From Azolla caroliniana (Eukaryota > Plantae > Polypodiophyta), in contig JBHGNT010000003.1 in assembly GCA_043228905.1 (NCBI GenBank), positions 19,406,001 to 19,470,000 on the forward strand: 64,000 nucleotides of DNA, given 5' to 3'. The translations under genes were made by a program, and so were the position numbers. Below the pieces are notes generated by a model. The model saw nothing but the letters and a program-made list of their open reading frames with translations. It was not told the origin of the DNA and made no database searches. Positions 11,801 to 23,322 of the stretch are shown in pieces (within the stretch, counting starts at the first letter, position 1; every line of letters begins with the position of its first letter).

Positions 11801-12914
11801 GAACCTCCGGAACGTGTCGGACATCCCTCAGCAGCAACTTGCATCCGGTTGGTGTCGACAGCCACACGTCTCCTATGCCGACAATTCGGCATGTACCTTC
11901 ATTCCCCATCCGAACATAGCCGTGATCACCGGCTGAGTAGGATGAGAAGTATTTCCGGTCCGGGGTAAGGTGGAACGATGCTCCGGAGTCTACCACCCAG
12001 GTCATCTCGTCGCCGGCAAGGTTTATCTCACTCTCCTCGGTGATGAGCATCAACTCTTCTTCACTTGCCGCGATTGCCGTCGTTCCCTTCCGGTCCGTCC
12101 CCCTCCGGTCTTTACCATTCCGGTCCGGGGTCCGCTTCGAATCGGTACCGTCGGTTTCCTTGTCTTTACGGAAATGCCGACAGTTCTTTTGGAAGTGTCC
12201 CGGCTTGCCGCAATAGAAGCAAGTGGGCCTCCCCCTTGACTTTGACCGTGTCCCCGACTTCTCCCGGTTCTGGGGACTACGGTTTCTATGTCTTCCGCGT
12301 TCCGATTCGGTAAGGAGCGCTTTGGAGTCGGAGCTCGTATCTTTATCTTTCCGACGCGCCTCCTCATCTAGCAAGCTCGACTTTACTCTTGCTAGGGATA
12401 ACTGCTTTCCTTCCGGCCCGGCGTTGCCCAAAGTGACAACCAACGTCTCCCAGCTATCCGGGAGGGAACTGAGCAGGAGTAGCGCTAGTACCTCATTGGC
12501 GAGAGGTACTTCCAATGAATTTGCCTGGTGGATCAGCCCCTGGAAGGCATTCATGTGCTCCGCCATGCTGGAGCCATCTTGGTACCGGAGTCTTACTAGC
12601 TTCCGGAATACCGAAACCTGATTAACAACATTTTTGTTCTGGAACATTATGCCGATCATCTCCTAGAGCTCATGAGCCTTGCTCTCTTCATTGAAGTTGT
12701 TGTATAGGCTCATGTCGATGAAGCACCGTATGTACGCTGTTGTCTTCATGTGCATCACCTCCCATATCGCGGCGTCGATTTTGTCCGGTCTCTTGTCCCC
12801 GAACTGAACCGGCAGCCAGAGGTCTTTAACCACGAGCCTGTCCCTCCTCTTCGACTTCCACACAGAATAGTTGGAGCCGGTGAGCTTGAACATGCCGCCA
12901 AAGGATTCGTCCAT
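8868..12914 (-). pseudogene. Copia gag-pol polyprotein with three in-frame stops
   Basis: CFYCGKPGHFQKNC, WVVDSGAS, integrase ADNGGEY, RT LLLYVDDML, RNase H YCDSQS; stops at 12663, 11382 and 9453 all in one frame. Confidence 0.95.
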
Positions 12915-12938
12915 TTTCTGTGTCGTTTGCTCTGATAC

Positions 12939-13393
12939 TGTTACGGGCATGACCATATAATATCCCGTGGTAAGAATTTACCGTAGTATTCTATACACGT
13001 GGATAAGTGTGAGGGTTAAACGAGAGTGTAAAGAAGGGGAGGATTACTTTTAATCCTCGGGATTGAGACAACCCATTAGGTCAAGTGTGAACTTGCCTGG
13101 GGGCCTTGGGTATCGCTATAAATAAGAGGCCTAGCTACCCTCATTTGATGATCTTTTGACTACATCGAGACTCTGCTCGTGTGGTGGGTCAACTCTTGTA
13201 GCGAGCGCGCCAGCACCAGGTACGACTCGACGCCACGGCGGTGGTATGGGACGCCGATCGAGGCTCGAGTCCGTCTCGATCCCTTCGCTCGGGGGTGGTC
13301 GGGTGGATCGGCACCCTTCTTTCTCTTTCTCCTTTCTATCTATCTTTTCATTATCCTTATCTTAAGCTTACGTTAGTACCAAGATCTATAATA
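12939..13393 (+). repeat. 5' LTR of element D
   Basis: TGTTACGGG...ATAATA with a TATAAATA box; no difference from the 3' LTR found by eye. Confidence 0.95.
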
Positions 13394-13640
13394 TTTGGTA
13401 TCAGATTTTTGTACTAATGTTTCTTTGTTTTTCATTTGTCTTTTGATTGATGCTGATCGATCGTTGTGCGGTTGGCCTTGATCCAGACAACGATCAACAA
13501 AGAACTTCGGTAACTCTTTCCATAATTTTTCTTTCTATTCTCTCTTCTCCCATCTAATCATGTGTTTAGTTTATATGTAATTTTTTTCATTAAGTCAATG
13601 ATGTTGTAGTGGTCTTTAATTGATTATCTAAAACGTTTAC

Positions 13641-13912
13641 ATATGTGCACGAGATCAATACCTCGTTTGACATATTAATAATATGTGATGAGTGTCGTAT
13701 GCGTACGAGGTTAATACCTCAATTACGTATTACGATCACAAACATATGTTACGTTTGCGTATGAGTTTAATACCTTGATTTGTTGTAAACGATATGCGTT
13801 TGGTCTCGTATGCGTAAGAGGTCAATACCTCCATTGCGTATTACGATGATCTCTTATTTGTGGATGTTTCGTGTGCGTAGAGGTATATACCTCGATTACG
13901 TATCTCGATCAC
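13641..13912 (+). repeat. array of five spaced hairpin repeats (TGCGTANGAGGTCAATACCTCNATTRCGTA) in the leader of D
   Basis: Cores at 13651, 13707, 13763, 13818 and 13880 with variable spacers. Confidence 0.85.
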
Positions 13913-14581
13913 ATCATTTGTGGCTATTTAATATAACGATATGTTTAATATAGGCATATGTGGTCACATATATACGTATTTGATCGTATATATGTGATAA
14001 GTAAACATATGTGTATATTCGTTATTACGTGATTATATCGAAAGTTGTCCTTGTCGGGAAAAGGATGTTGGTGGCCGTCCTCACATTTTTGTGAGAATGG
14101 CGTTGTCACCATCCCTTTTTCAACATTTTTTTATTGTTGATAACCCCATTGACGACCTCGATTTCGTTACGTAAAGAAACGCGAATAGCCAAAATGATGT
14201 TGAGTACGTAGGGCTTGACCCACTTCAAGTGAGGTCGCTCCAATGACGCACGTATCCAACATCCCTCCCTCGTTACATGGATACGATGCCACCATGAGCT
14301 CGTTCTTACGAGAGGCATTCGTAATGACGTGACCATGTGATGGCCCACGTGAGCCTACTACGAAACAAGGGCTCATTTGGCTTGACCATTAGGTTGCACT
14401 TTGGCGTATGCCATCGTAATTACGAGACTTGAGGTTAGGTAACGTACCAACATAGTTTTGGTAAATGAGGGCGAAATAAGGACCCTTGACATATATGTTC
14501 TTTTAAAAAAACGTATATGATCAATTGCCTCGCATATCTCTTATACGCATCAAACATTAAACATTCGAGAAGAGCAACTTA

Positions 14582-14643
14582 CTTGGTTGGCTCAAGTGTT
14601 TAATGTATTTGTTCTCGAGGTCTCGAGTTCAAATATGACCAAG
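14582..14643 (+). other. tRNA-like module (A box / B box) in the leader of D
   Basis: TGGCTCAAGTG...GAGTTCAAAT enclosed by a CTTGGTT/GACCAAG stem. Confidence 0.45.
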
Positions 14644-15082
14644 ACCATACAACATCCTTGATACATATGACTATAACACATGTTTAGACTTAAGGTCTAA
14701 GTGCACCTCGGGGTCCTCGTAATAGGACTTAAAGAGCCGAAACCACTTATGTGGGCACCGAAACATAGTTTATTGTTAACATTTTTTTTCGTGTATAAAC
14801 TATTCATGACGCGAACATACATGGTTGAGCCTCGGGGAGCCACCATGAAAAAATCGATATAGAGATCAGGGAAAGACATTTATTTGTCACCCCCATGGTT
14901 TTTAAAACACCTTTGTGTTACCATAGTAACCTGATCTTCAACCTCATCTTATACGTCTAGAGGGGTATTGACGTGAGATAATGATATCGATTAATGCTCG
15001 CCCATGATATGTTTACATCACGACAAGATGTTATGACTATATCTCTGACCTTATCCTATTTCTTTTCCAGAAATAATCTTTA

Positions 15083-18000
15083 ATGGCTCAAATTAACGAC
15101 CCGATGTCATCCGCTCAAGCGGAAGGAACTCAAGGGAATCCTCCTAGACAAATGTCCACTGAGATGTATTTGGCACAAATAACCCAATACCTTAGTTTCA
15201 CCGCTCAACAGATGACCGAACTTCGGCAATCTCAGAGTGCTCTTGAGGCACGTGTCATTAGTCTACAACGAGAGACTAATAGACCTGATGAGCGACAAGG
15301 TGAACCATCATTTGTCGTTAAGCCATTTACGGGAGACAAAAAGGAAAGAACCGAAGAAGCAATCTGCACATGGCTGGGACGATGGGAGTCTCATTTTGAG
15401 CTCTATCCCACGCCAGATAGTACGAAGATTGCATATGTCGGCCGAGAACTCGGGGGTAAGGCCGCCGCCTGGTGGCGTGGCCTCCGTACTATGGGGAAAT
15501 TGCCCGATACCTGGACAGATTTTGTCACGGTTTTTAAGGGCCAATTTCTGCAACCTCCCTCTCGAACCGAGGCAGCACAAGCTTTAATGAACCTCTCTAG
15601 TAGGAAATTTTCCTCGCTAGAGGACTATGTTCACCATGCTAGAACCCAAATCCAAAAATCGGGTCTAGAAGGGGACAATTGGTTGATAGCTTGTTTTGTC
15701 AATGGCATCCCCAATTCGGACTATCACTGGATAGTGCACGATAAGGATCCAAAATCCTTCGAAGAGGCCGTTGAAATAGTTCTTCGCTATCAACGCACAT
15801 CGAAGGACCATAACAAACCCAACGAAGCGCCCGGGACTAAGCAGTCGCAATTTGTTGGGAAACGCAAGACACCCAACGAATTCCTGGATCGCGATTGTAA
15901 GCGACAACATCCTTTTTGTGTATTCTGCAAAAAGAAGGGTCATACAAAAGATCAATGTCGAAAGCTCCAACGGAAAGAGCACGACAACAAAGCTAAAGCT
16001 GCAGACCATAAAGGTCAGATTCCTAATGTCCTTCAGGTCTATACACACCATTTAAGTAATTGTCAATGTTCTTTTCCTCACTATGTATTGGGTCCCAATG
16101 ATTTACTACGTGCAAACGGGTATATCAATGGATCTCCCGTACAATTTTTATTTGATTCGGGAAGCTCACACAATTTTGTGAATGATCGTTTGGTTCAGAT
16201 ATGGGGAATCCAACCCACCGTAAGTGATCACACCTACACGGTGCACTTGGCTGATGGAAGAGTACAATACATCAACGGGGCGATTCATTCATTAGGAATT
16301 TCTATTGATACTTATATAGAGGAAGTAGACTTCCATGTAATGAATCTTTGTACCACCGATGTAATACTGGGTTATCCCTGGTTTTATAATAAAAACTCTT
16401 CTTTATTTATTGATTGGGTTCGTCATTCCATTTCTTTTGTACTGAACGATTGTACGCATTTTATTCAATGTGTAAAAAAATAATCCCTCTCGATTGTTTC
16501 CTCGTGTCCATCAATATCCGAGTTGTCTTGTTCTACGTTATTTTATTGTGTACTTGATCCGGACATTCACGTTTACAATATCGATAATGTCCCGATTCAA
16601 TTAACATATTTTGAACAACAACAACTTGATGAAATCTTAAATGATTTTCATGATGTTTTTCCAAGTGAACTACCTGATGGGTTACCTCCTAAACGTAATA
16701 TAGACCATCGTATAGATATTGTACCTGGTGTTGCACCAATAAGTATACCTCCGTATCGCTTAAGTCGATCCGAAGAAGATGAGGTATCTAAGCAACTCAA
16801 GGACTATTTACGAATGGGTTATATACGTTATAGTAAATCTCCATGGGGTGCACCAGTTCTCTTGGTTAAAAAGAAAGAGGGCACATGGCGTATGTGTATT
16901 AATTACCGACGCTTGAATAAAGTGACGATCAAGAATTCGTATCCATTGCCCCGGGCTGACGATCTAATTGACCGTCTCCAGGGAGCTCGGTATTTTACGA
17001 AACTTGATCTCCGTACTGGCTACCATCAAATACGAATAAGTGAGGACGATGTTCCTAAAACGGCATTTCGTACGTGCTATGGCCATTACGAGTTTTTGGT
17101 TATGCCTTTTGGTTTGACCAATGCTCCGACTACTTTTCAACAAGAAATGAATGACATTTTCCGAGAACAACTTGGAAAATTTGTCGTTATTTTCTTGGAT
17201 GATATTTTAGTTTATAGCCGTACATTACAAGAACATGCTAGACATGTCTGCTTTGTTTTACAAACATTGCGTGACAAACAGTTTTATGCGAAGATCTCAA
17301 AATGTGAGTTCTTCAAGAAATCAATTACTTATCTAGGACATCTCATAACCGAACGAGGAGTTGAAATTGATCCTTCTCGCATTGAGAAAATCAAGCTTTG
17401 GCCCACTCTTCGGAATATTCGAGAAGTTCGATCATTCCTTGGTTTTGTGGGGTTTTTGCGAAAGTCTCTTCGTAATTACTCCCAATTGACGATGCCGTTT
17501 ACTGATCTTTTAAAAGGTCAAACGCGTAAGTCTACAAAACCTATTGTGTGGAATGCTACACTAGACCTTGCATTTAAGGAACTCAAGGACCTAGTTTGCA
17601 AGGCTCCTTCACTTCTTTTACCTGATCCTTCAAAACCTTTTGAGGTTGAAACCGATGCAAGCGATTATGCTATAGGTGCTGTCTTGTATCAAGATGGTAA
17701 ACCAATAGCATTCGAGAGTAAGAAACTTGATTCTGCTCAATGTCAGTATACCGTTCAAGAAAAGGAATTATTTGCAGTTATACATGCGCTCAAAACATGG
17801 CGCCATTATCTTTATGGAAATCACTTTGTGGTAACTACGGACCACGAGTCCTTGAAATATTTTTGTGACCAACAAGACCTGAAAGGTCGTAAGGCACGAT
17901 GGGCTGATCTCATCCAGGACTTTGATTTCTCCATACGATATCGTAAAGGTTCCATGAACATTGTCGCTGATGCACTAAGTCGCATCCGTGAAGTTAACAC

Positions 18001-19400
18001 GCTTAGCTTCACTGATATATCATCAGATATTTATGATCACCTTCGAGGAAAGTATCCTGATGACAGTTATTTCGCAAAATACTGGGCTAGAGTTGAGTCT
18101 GGAACAGACACCACCACATCCTTGAAGGAATACTTCCACATTGCTAACGGTTTGCTCTACCGTAATGGGAAGGTTTGTGTTCCAGATTTACCCGAGGTCA
18201 AAAAGAGGATTCTTTTTGAATGCCATGATGCACCCTCAGCAGGGCACCCTGGAATACATCGTACACTCGTTCTCATCTCCACTCAATTTTATTGGCCTAA
18301 GATGCGTCCTGACATACATAGCTATGTGACTAAATGTCACCAGTGTCAGGTTAACAAAGCCGAGTGACTTAAAGCCGCAGGACTTTTACATCCCTTGGAC
18401 ATTCCCAATAATAAGTGGGAAAGTATATCCATGGATTTTATTGTTAGCCTTCCTCGCACCCAAAAAGGTCATGATGCCATCTGGGTTGTCGTTGATCGAC
18501 TAACTAAAATGGCCAGATTTATTGCTACTAAAACCACGGTAACAGCTCCTGAATTGGCTTACCAATTTGTTGACTAATTGTTTCGTTTTTATGGGTTACC
18601 AATGGATATCGTGAGTGATCGAGATCCGAAGTTTACTAGTGACTTCTGGACACAAGTCTTTAAGAAGTTAGAAACTACGTTGAGCATGAGCTCCACGGAT
18701 CATCCTCAATCCGATGGACAGACAGAACGAGTAAATCAAATTATTGAGGACATGCTTCGAGCATACGTTGGTGCAAAACCAACAAAATGGGAACGTTATC
18801 TCCCAATTTTGGAGTTTGCTTATAACAGCTCCAAGCATACGTCGACGGGATATAGTCCTTTTATGTTGATGTATGGTTTTCAGCCACGAGCCCCGATTGA
18901 TGTTATATGGTCATCATAGGCAACCTCGTGTATTCAACCCTGGACAGAAGGTATTTTTACGTGTACCTCACAATTCTAAGACATTGTCTACGGGTAAGTG
19001 CGCTAAGTTAGCCCCACGGTTTTGTGGACCTTTTACAGTCCTCAAACGAATTGGGTCATCAGCCTATCGTCTCGCTCTTCCCGATGGTGTCGGAATTCAT
19101 CCAGTCTTTCATGTGAGTCGTCTAAAAGAACTTCTAGGTTCTGGCGACAATACAGTTACGACTGAAACTCTGGTTACTTCTGAAGAATTATCTTCTAAAC
19201 CACATGTACCAGAAAGAATTCTCGATGTTAAAACAAAAAAATTACGTACTAAGGAAATCCGAGAATTTAAAATAAAATGGATGGATAAATCAATAAAAGA
19301 TGCCACATGGGAACGCGAAAATACTCTTAGAACTAACTTCCCTAACTTTCCATTGCAAGAGTGCAATGTTTTAAAGAGGTGGAGTATGTTACGGGCATGA
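15083..19400 (+). pseudogene. single-frame gag-PR-RT-RH-IN-chromodomain polyprotein, disrupted
   Basis: CVFCKKKGHTKDQC, LFDSGS, FLDDIL, ETDAS, HPQSDGQTER, PERILD...IKW...DATWE; stops at 16481, 18365 and 18575, and a deletion/frameshift near 18900. Confidence 0.95.
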
Positions 19401-19841
19401 CCATATAATATCCCGTGGTAAGAATTTACCGTAGTATTCTATACACGTGGATAAGTGTGAGGGTTAAACGAGAGTGTAAAGAAGGGGAGGATTACTTTTA
19501 ATCCTCGGGATTGAGACAACCCATTAGGTCAAGTGTGAACTTGCCTGGGGGCCTTGGGTATCGCTATAAATAAGAGGCCTAGCTACCCTCATTTGATGAT
19601 CTTTTGACTACATCGAGACTCTGCTCGTGTGGTGGGTCAACTCTTGTAGCGAGCGCGCCAGCACCAGGTACGACTCGACGCCACGGCGGTGGTATGGGAC
19701 GCCGATCGAGGCTCGAGTCCGTCTCGATCCCTTCGCTCGGGGGTGGTCGGGTGGATCGGCACCCTTCTTTCTCTTTCTCCTTTCTATCTATCTTTTCATT
19801 ATCCTTATCTTAAGCTTACGTTAGTACCAAGATCTATAATA
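19387..19841 (+). repeat. 3' LTR of element D
   Basis: Direct repeat of 12939-13393. Confidence 0.95.
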
Positions 19842-19850
19842 GATACCACT

Positions 19851-20508
19851 TGTCAGGAACTACAACGCTCCCTCTACGCAACGCTCGGCCACAACCGAGC
19901 TTAGGATCATACACAGAAAACAGGAAATGGAAAAGCACGACACAAAGGAGAGAAAAAGGTGCACACAGGATGTTTACGTGGAAAACCCAAACTAAGGGAA
20001 AAACCACGACAGCCCACACGCTGCAAACTATCACTATGTTGGAATGTACAAAACAGTGAGTTCACGGAGGCAACGACCTCGTGCTCACGATCTTTGCCAC
20101 AGGCGGCGGTTACACCAGAGGCAACGACCTCTTTCTCTCTCTCTCTCTCTATGTACACTATTACGTGCTCTCTCTTCTTCTTCTTGCACCAACAAGGGAA
20201 AAATGACAACAACTACTAAAAGTTTGCCCTAAGTCATATTTATACTAATATGACTTTTCGGCTATTTACAAATATAGCCTCGATGGACTCTCAGAAACAT
20301 ATTTACCAATATGTCTCCTCATCCGGTTCATACCGGGTCTGCACCATCCGGCTCTCCGTAGCCGGGTACTCCTCATCCGGTTCACACCGGGTCTGCACCA
20401 TCCGGCTCTCCGTAGCCGGGTACTCCTCATCCGGTTTCGGCCTCGGCCGAGATTGTTCGTCGGCACTGTTCTTCTCCCTTCCCATCCGGAGGGACCTGTC
20501 TCCCAACA
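19851..20508 (-). repeat. 5' LTR of Copia C1 (658 bp)
   Basis: Direct repeat of 8069-8857; adjacent to the PBS remnant GATACCA. Confidence 0.95.
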
Positions 20509-22517
20509 GAGAGGTCGGTGGTGACAGGAAAATGGAACCCGGCGATCCGAAGAATGACGAATGGACCCGGATGAGAACCGGGCAGAGCGGACTCCTCGAT
20601 AACCATTCCGGGAGGAAGGAAGAGAGTAGGCCTACGAAGAGGCCGGGAACACGGTACGTCGGTACCACTGGAGAGGGTGTGGAGCAAGCCACCCTCTCGG
20701 CTTGCGAAGGAAGGAAGACCCGGGAGAAGGGTCAAGGATACGAGGAGCCCAAGGAGAATCCTTCACACCGGATCTAGAGACTTCGGCAGTCGGCAGCGCG
20801 GTCGGCGTAAGACCAAGATACTGACGGTCGCGGCGGGGGGACAAGGGCGGGCAAACCGGGGTCCCATGAAGATCCTCACAATGATCCGGTGGTCGGCCCG
20901 AGTGCCGGCGTGAGTTCTATAGGGGAGATCGGTGGCGGCAGGTGAACGTGATTAGACGACAGGAGGCGACGAACAACAAGGAGGTATGAGGCCGGCAAGG
21001 TGGCTACAGACCATCTCAAACCTTCCGGCGAGGTGAGTAGGCGTAAGGAAGTCCGGTCCTACGGGATCCCCACACTTTACCAGAGACTCCGGCAGTTCGG
21101 CCAACGTGGCAAAATGAGACCGAGAGAGAAGGTTGGTGGCGGCGGGAAACGGGACCCGACTACGCGGTAGACACGAGAAGATACTAGGAGGGACCCAAAC
21201 GAAAGACACCCGGATCTCGGCAAGCGACGAAACGAAGACCGGTCCTATGGGACCCTCACACTAATCCGGAGACCCCGGCAGTTCGGCCAATGTGGCAACG
21301 TGAGACCTAGGGAGAAGGACGGTGGTGGCAGGGAACGGGACCCAACGACATGAGGTAGCGGATAGGGAGCCGGTAAGACGGGGCGGACGAAGTGCGAAAC
21401 CCTCACCGGCCTGTTACGGTTTCGGAAGGGGCCGGTAGGGGCAAACACGGGGAGGTGTGTCAGGCCGGAAAGGCACACCTGGGACGGAACAAGAGTCTCG
21501 CAAGTGGCCATCGCGGGCCGGATCGAAGCGTGACTGCGGGACGGTGTTCGGCGCGGGCGGAGCCGAACAAAGGAAGCGGAAGACGGCACAAGGGAGGTGT
21601 CCGGAACGAGGTGACAAGTGCATAATGGACTGCACAGGGTCGGAGTCAGGGGATGACAAGAGAAGCCGAAGGAGGATCCTCCACACTTGCTTCGTAGATC
21701 TCGGGAGCTCCGTCGAAGTAGCTAAGACTGACACGACAAGCCCGGGGTGACAAGCTGGTGGGGGCGAGGGGACGATAGCAAGCGGAAGACTCAGGACCTG
21801 TTGCAACAGCACGAAGACGGGAAGGGACAAGCGGGCTACTACGGGGTGTTCCTCGGATGCGAAGGACACCAGTATGCGGGTGAGCGGCGATGCACGATCT
21901 GGCCGGGAAAGGGGCCGACAAGGCGTGCAATGAACCGGAGTACGACACAGGTAGTACCAAACAACGGACGAGGGTATGTGGCACACGGAGGTGCCGGAGC
22001 GGAAAGGCGAGCGCGGAGATAGGTTGTGCGGTTCAGAGGTAGCACGTAGAAGACCAGAAAGGGATCCTCCACACAGTTCCGGAGACCATGGCGGTTCGAG
22101 CCGACGCGGCGATGTAAGACCATGGAGAAGGAAGGTGGCGGCGAGAGGACGAAGGCAACGCGAAACAACATGGGACGGCAATCAGGACATCACGAATGGT
22201 CAACGGATGCCAAGCGGGCCACTACGGGCGTTCCTCAAACGGAGGACATCGGGCATACGGCGGGGAGCGGGGCGTTCATACGGCCGAACAAGGGGCAACG
22301 GAAGTACGCGGACTACGGAGATCGCGGCAGAGGACCCATCGATGGGTCGAACGAGCCTACAGGGAGGTAAGCGCGAAGGAAGAACCGAAGCCGACGGATC
22401 AAACCAGCAGCGAGCCGGGATACAGATTACGGAAGACCGGTTTCTCACCGGCTGAAATCTCTCACCCTTCACTGGATTTGGCACGTACCGGTGGACGTGC
22501 GGTTAGGTGGGGGCGGC

Positions 22518-23318
22518 TGTCGTGAAAATTTTGGCCAGAGGCGGAAACCGGGAAACATTGGCTACATCGGCGGGGTGCAGCATGTGTGCTCACCCTTGTA
22601 CATTTAGTGTGAATAACGAGGGCGCCTTTATGGCGCCGAAGAGTAGTCAAGTCGGGACAGACGATCCCATGTAAGTCGGGATTTATCCCACATTGTAACG
22701 CATCCCTCTCCTTGTTCTATAAAAGGAAGGGAGCGTCCTTTGTGAAAGGGTTGCCCATTTTTGTGTTAGAGGGTATACCGTTAGGTTTAGAGTTAGTTTT
22801 CTTTTTCTTTTTCTTCTTCTTCTTCTTCGCGGGGAGGTCGACCGTTGAGGGCTGTTTTTGCTCGGTCTCCTGTGCAAGACCCCGCTCTGTGTGACGAGCC
22901 CGAGAGCTCCCCGGACGGCGGCTTGGCAGTAGACTGCTGTTGTAACCTACCTTACCGTGGCCCGGCTCGAAGCCGGGAATGTATTCTCCCCCCCTTTGTA
23001 ATATACATACAAGTATCCGTCTGTGCATACTTGTGTCTCTGTTTGGGTGGGTGTTTTGGTGTTCCTTTCCTTGCGTTGCCCGTACATAACGGCGTGAGTT
23101 GGGTCGGCGTGGTGTGTGTGTGTGTGTGTGTGTGTGTGAGTCGGCGTCAAGGGTGCACTCCCTCTCTTTCTCCCTCTCTTTCTCCCTCTCTTTCTCTCCC
23201 TCTCTCGTTTGGTTGCTTTCGGAACGCGTCCGGAATCATCTTCTCAGCTTCCCTTCTTCCCTCGTCCGAGACCCCCGTGGTCCCGCCCTTCTATACGGAC
23301 GCGCGTAACTACGCGACA
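22518..23318 (+). repeat. 3' LTR of element A
   Basis: Direct repeat of 5622-6408, preceded by a PPT. Confidence 0.95.
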
Positions 23319-23322
23319 ACGC

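Larger units (their letters stand above)
12939..19841 (+). mobile_element. chromovirus-type Gypsy element D, tRNA-Met-primed, with apparently identical 455-bp LTRs
   Basis: LTRs 12939-13393 and 19387-19841; TSD GATAC; PBS TGGTATCAGA 13396-13405; PPT AAAGAGGTGGAG before 19387. Confidence 0.95.
8069..20508 (-). mobile_element. full-length Ty1/Copia element C1 (Tnt1-like pol), interrupted in its PBS by element D
   Basis: LTRs 8069-8857 and 19851-20508; TSD GAGAG (8064-8068 / 20509-20513); PPT next to 8858; split PBS-Met. Confidence 0.95.
5622..23318 (+). mobile_element. non-autonomous tRNA-Trp-primed Gypsy derivative 'A' (gag fragment only), hosting Copia C1
   Basis: LTRs 5622-6408 and 22518-23318 (TGTCG...CGACA); PBS TGGTGAACACGACGTGA 6414-6430; PPT TTAGGTGGGGGCGG 22503-22516; flanks GCGC / ACGC. 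Confidence 0.9.

Noticed and set aside
13641-13912. CRISPR array (palindromic repeats with variable spacers)
   Set aside because: The repeats are degenerate, the spacers are homologous between paralogous copies, there are no cas genes, and the context is a eukaryotic retrotransposon leader.
16481-16483. programmed stop-codon readthrough between gag-PR and RT in D
   Set aside because: No CARYYA-type context, and the element carries other in-frame stops, so mutation is the simpler explanation; not excluded without intact copies.
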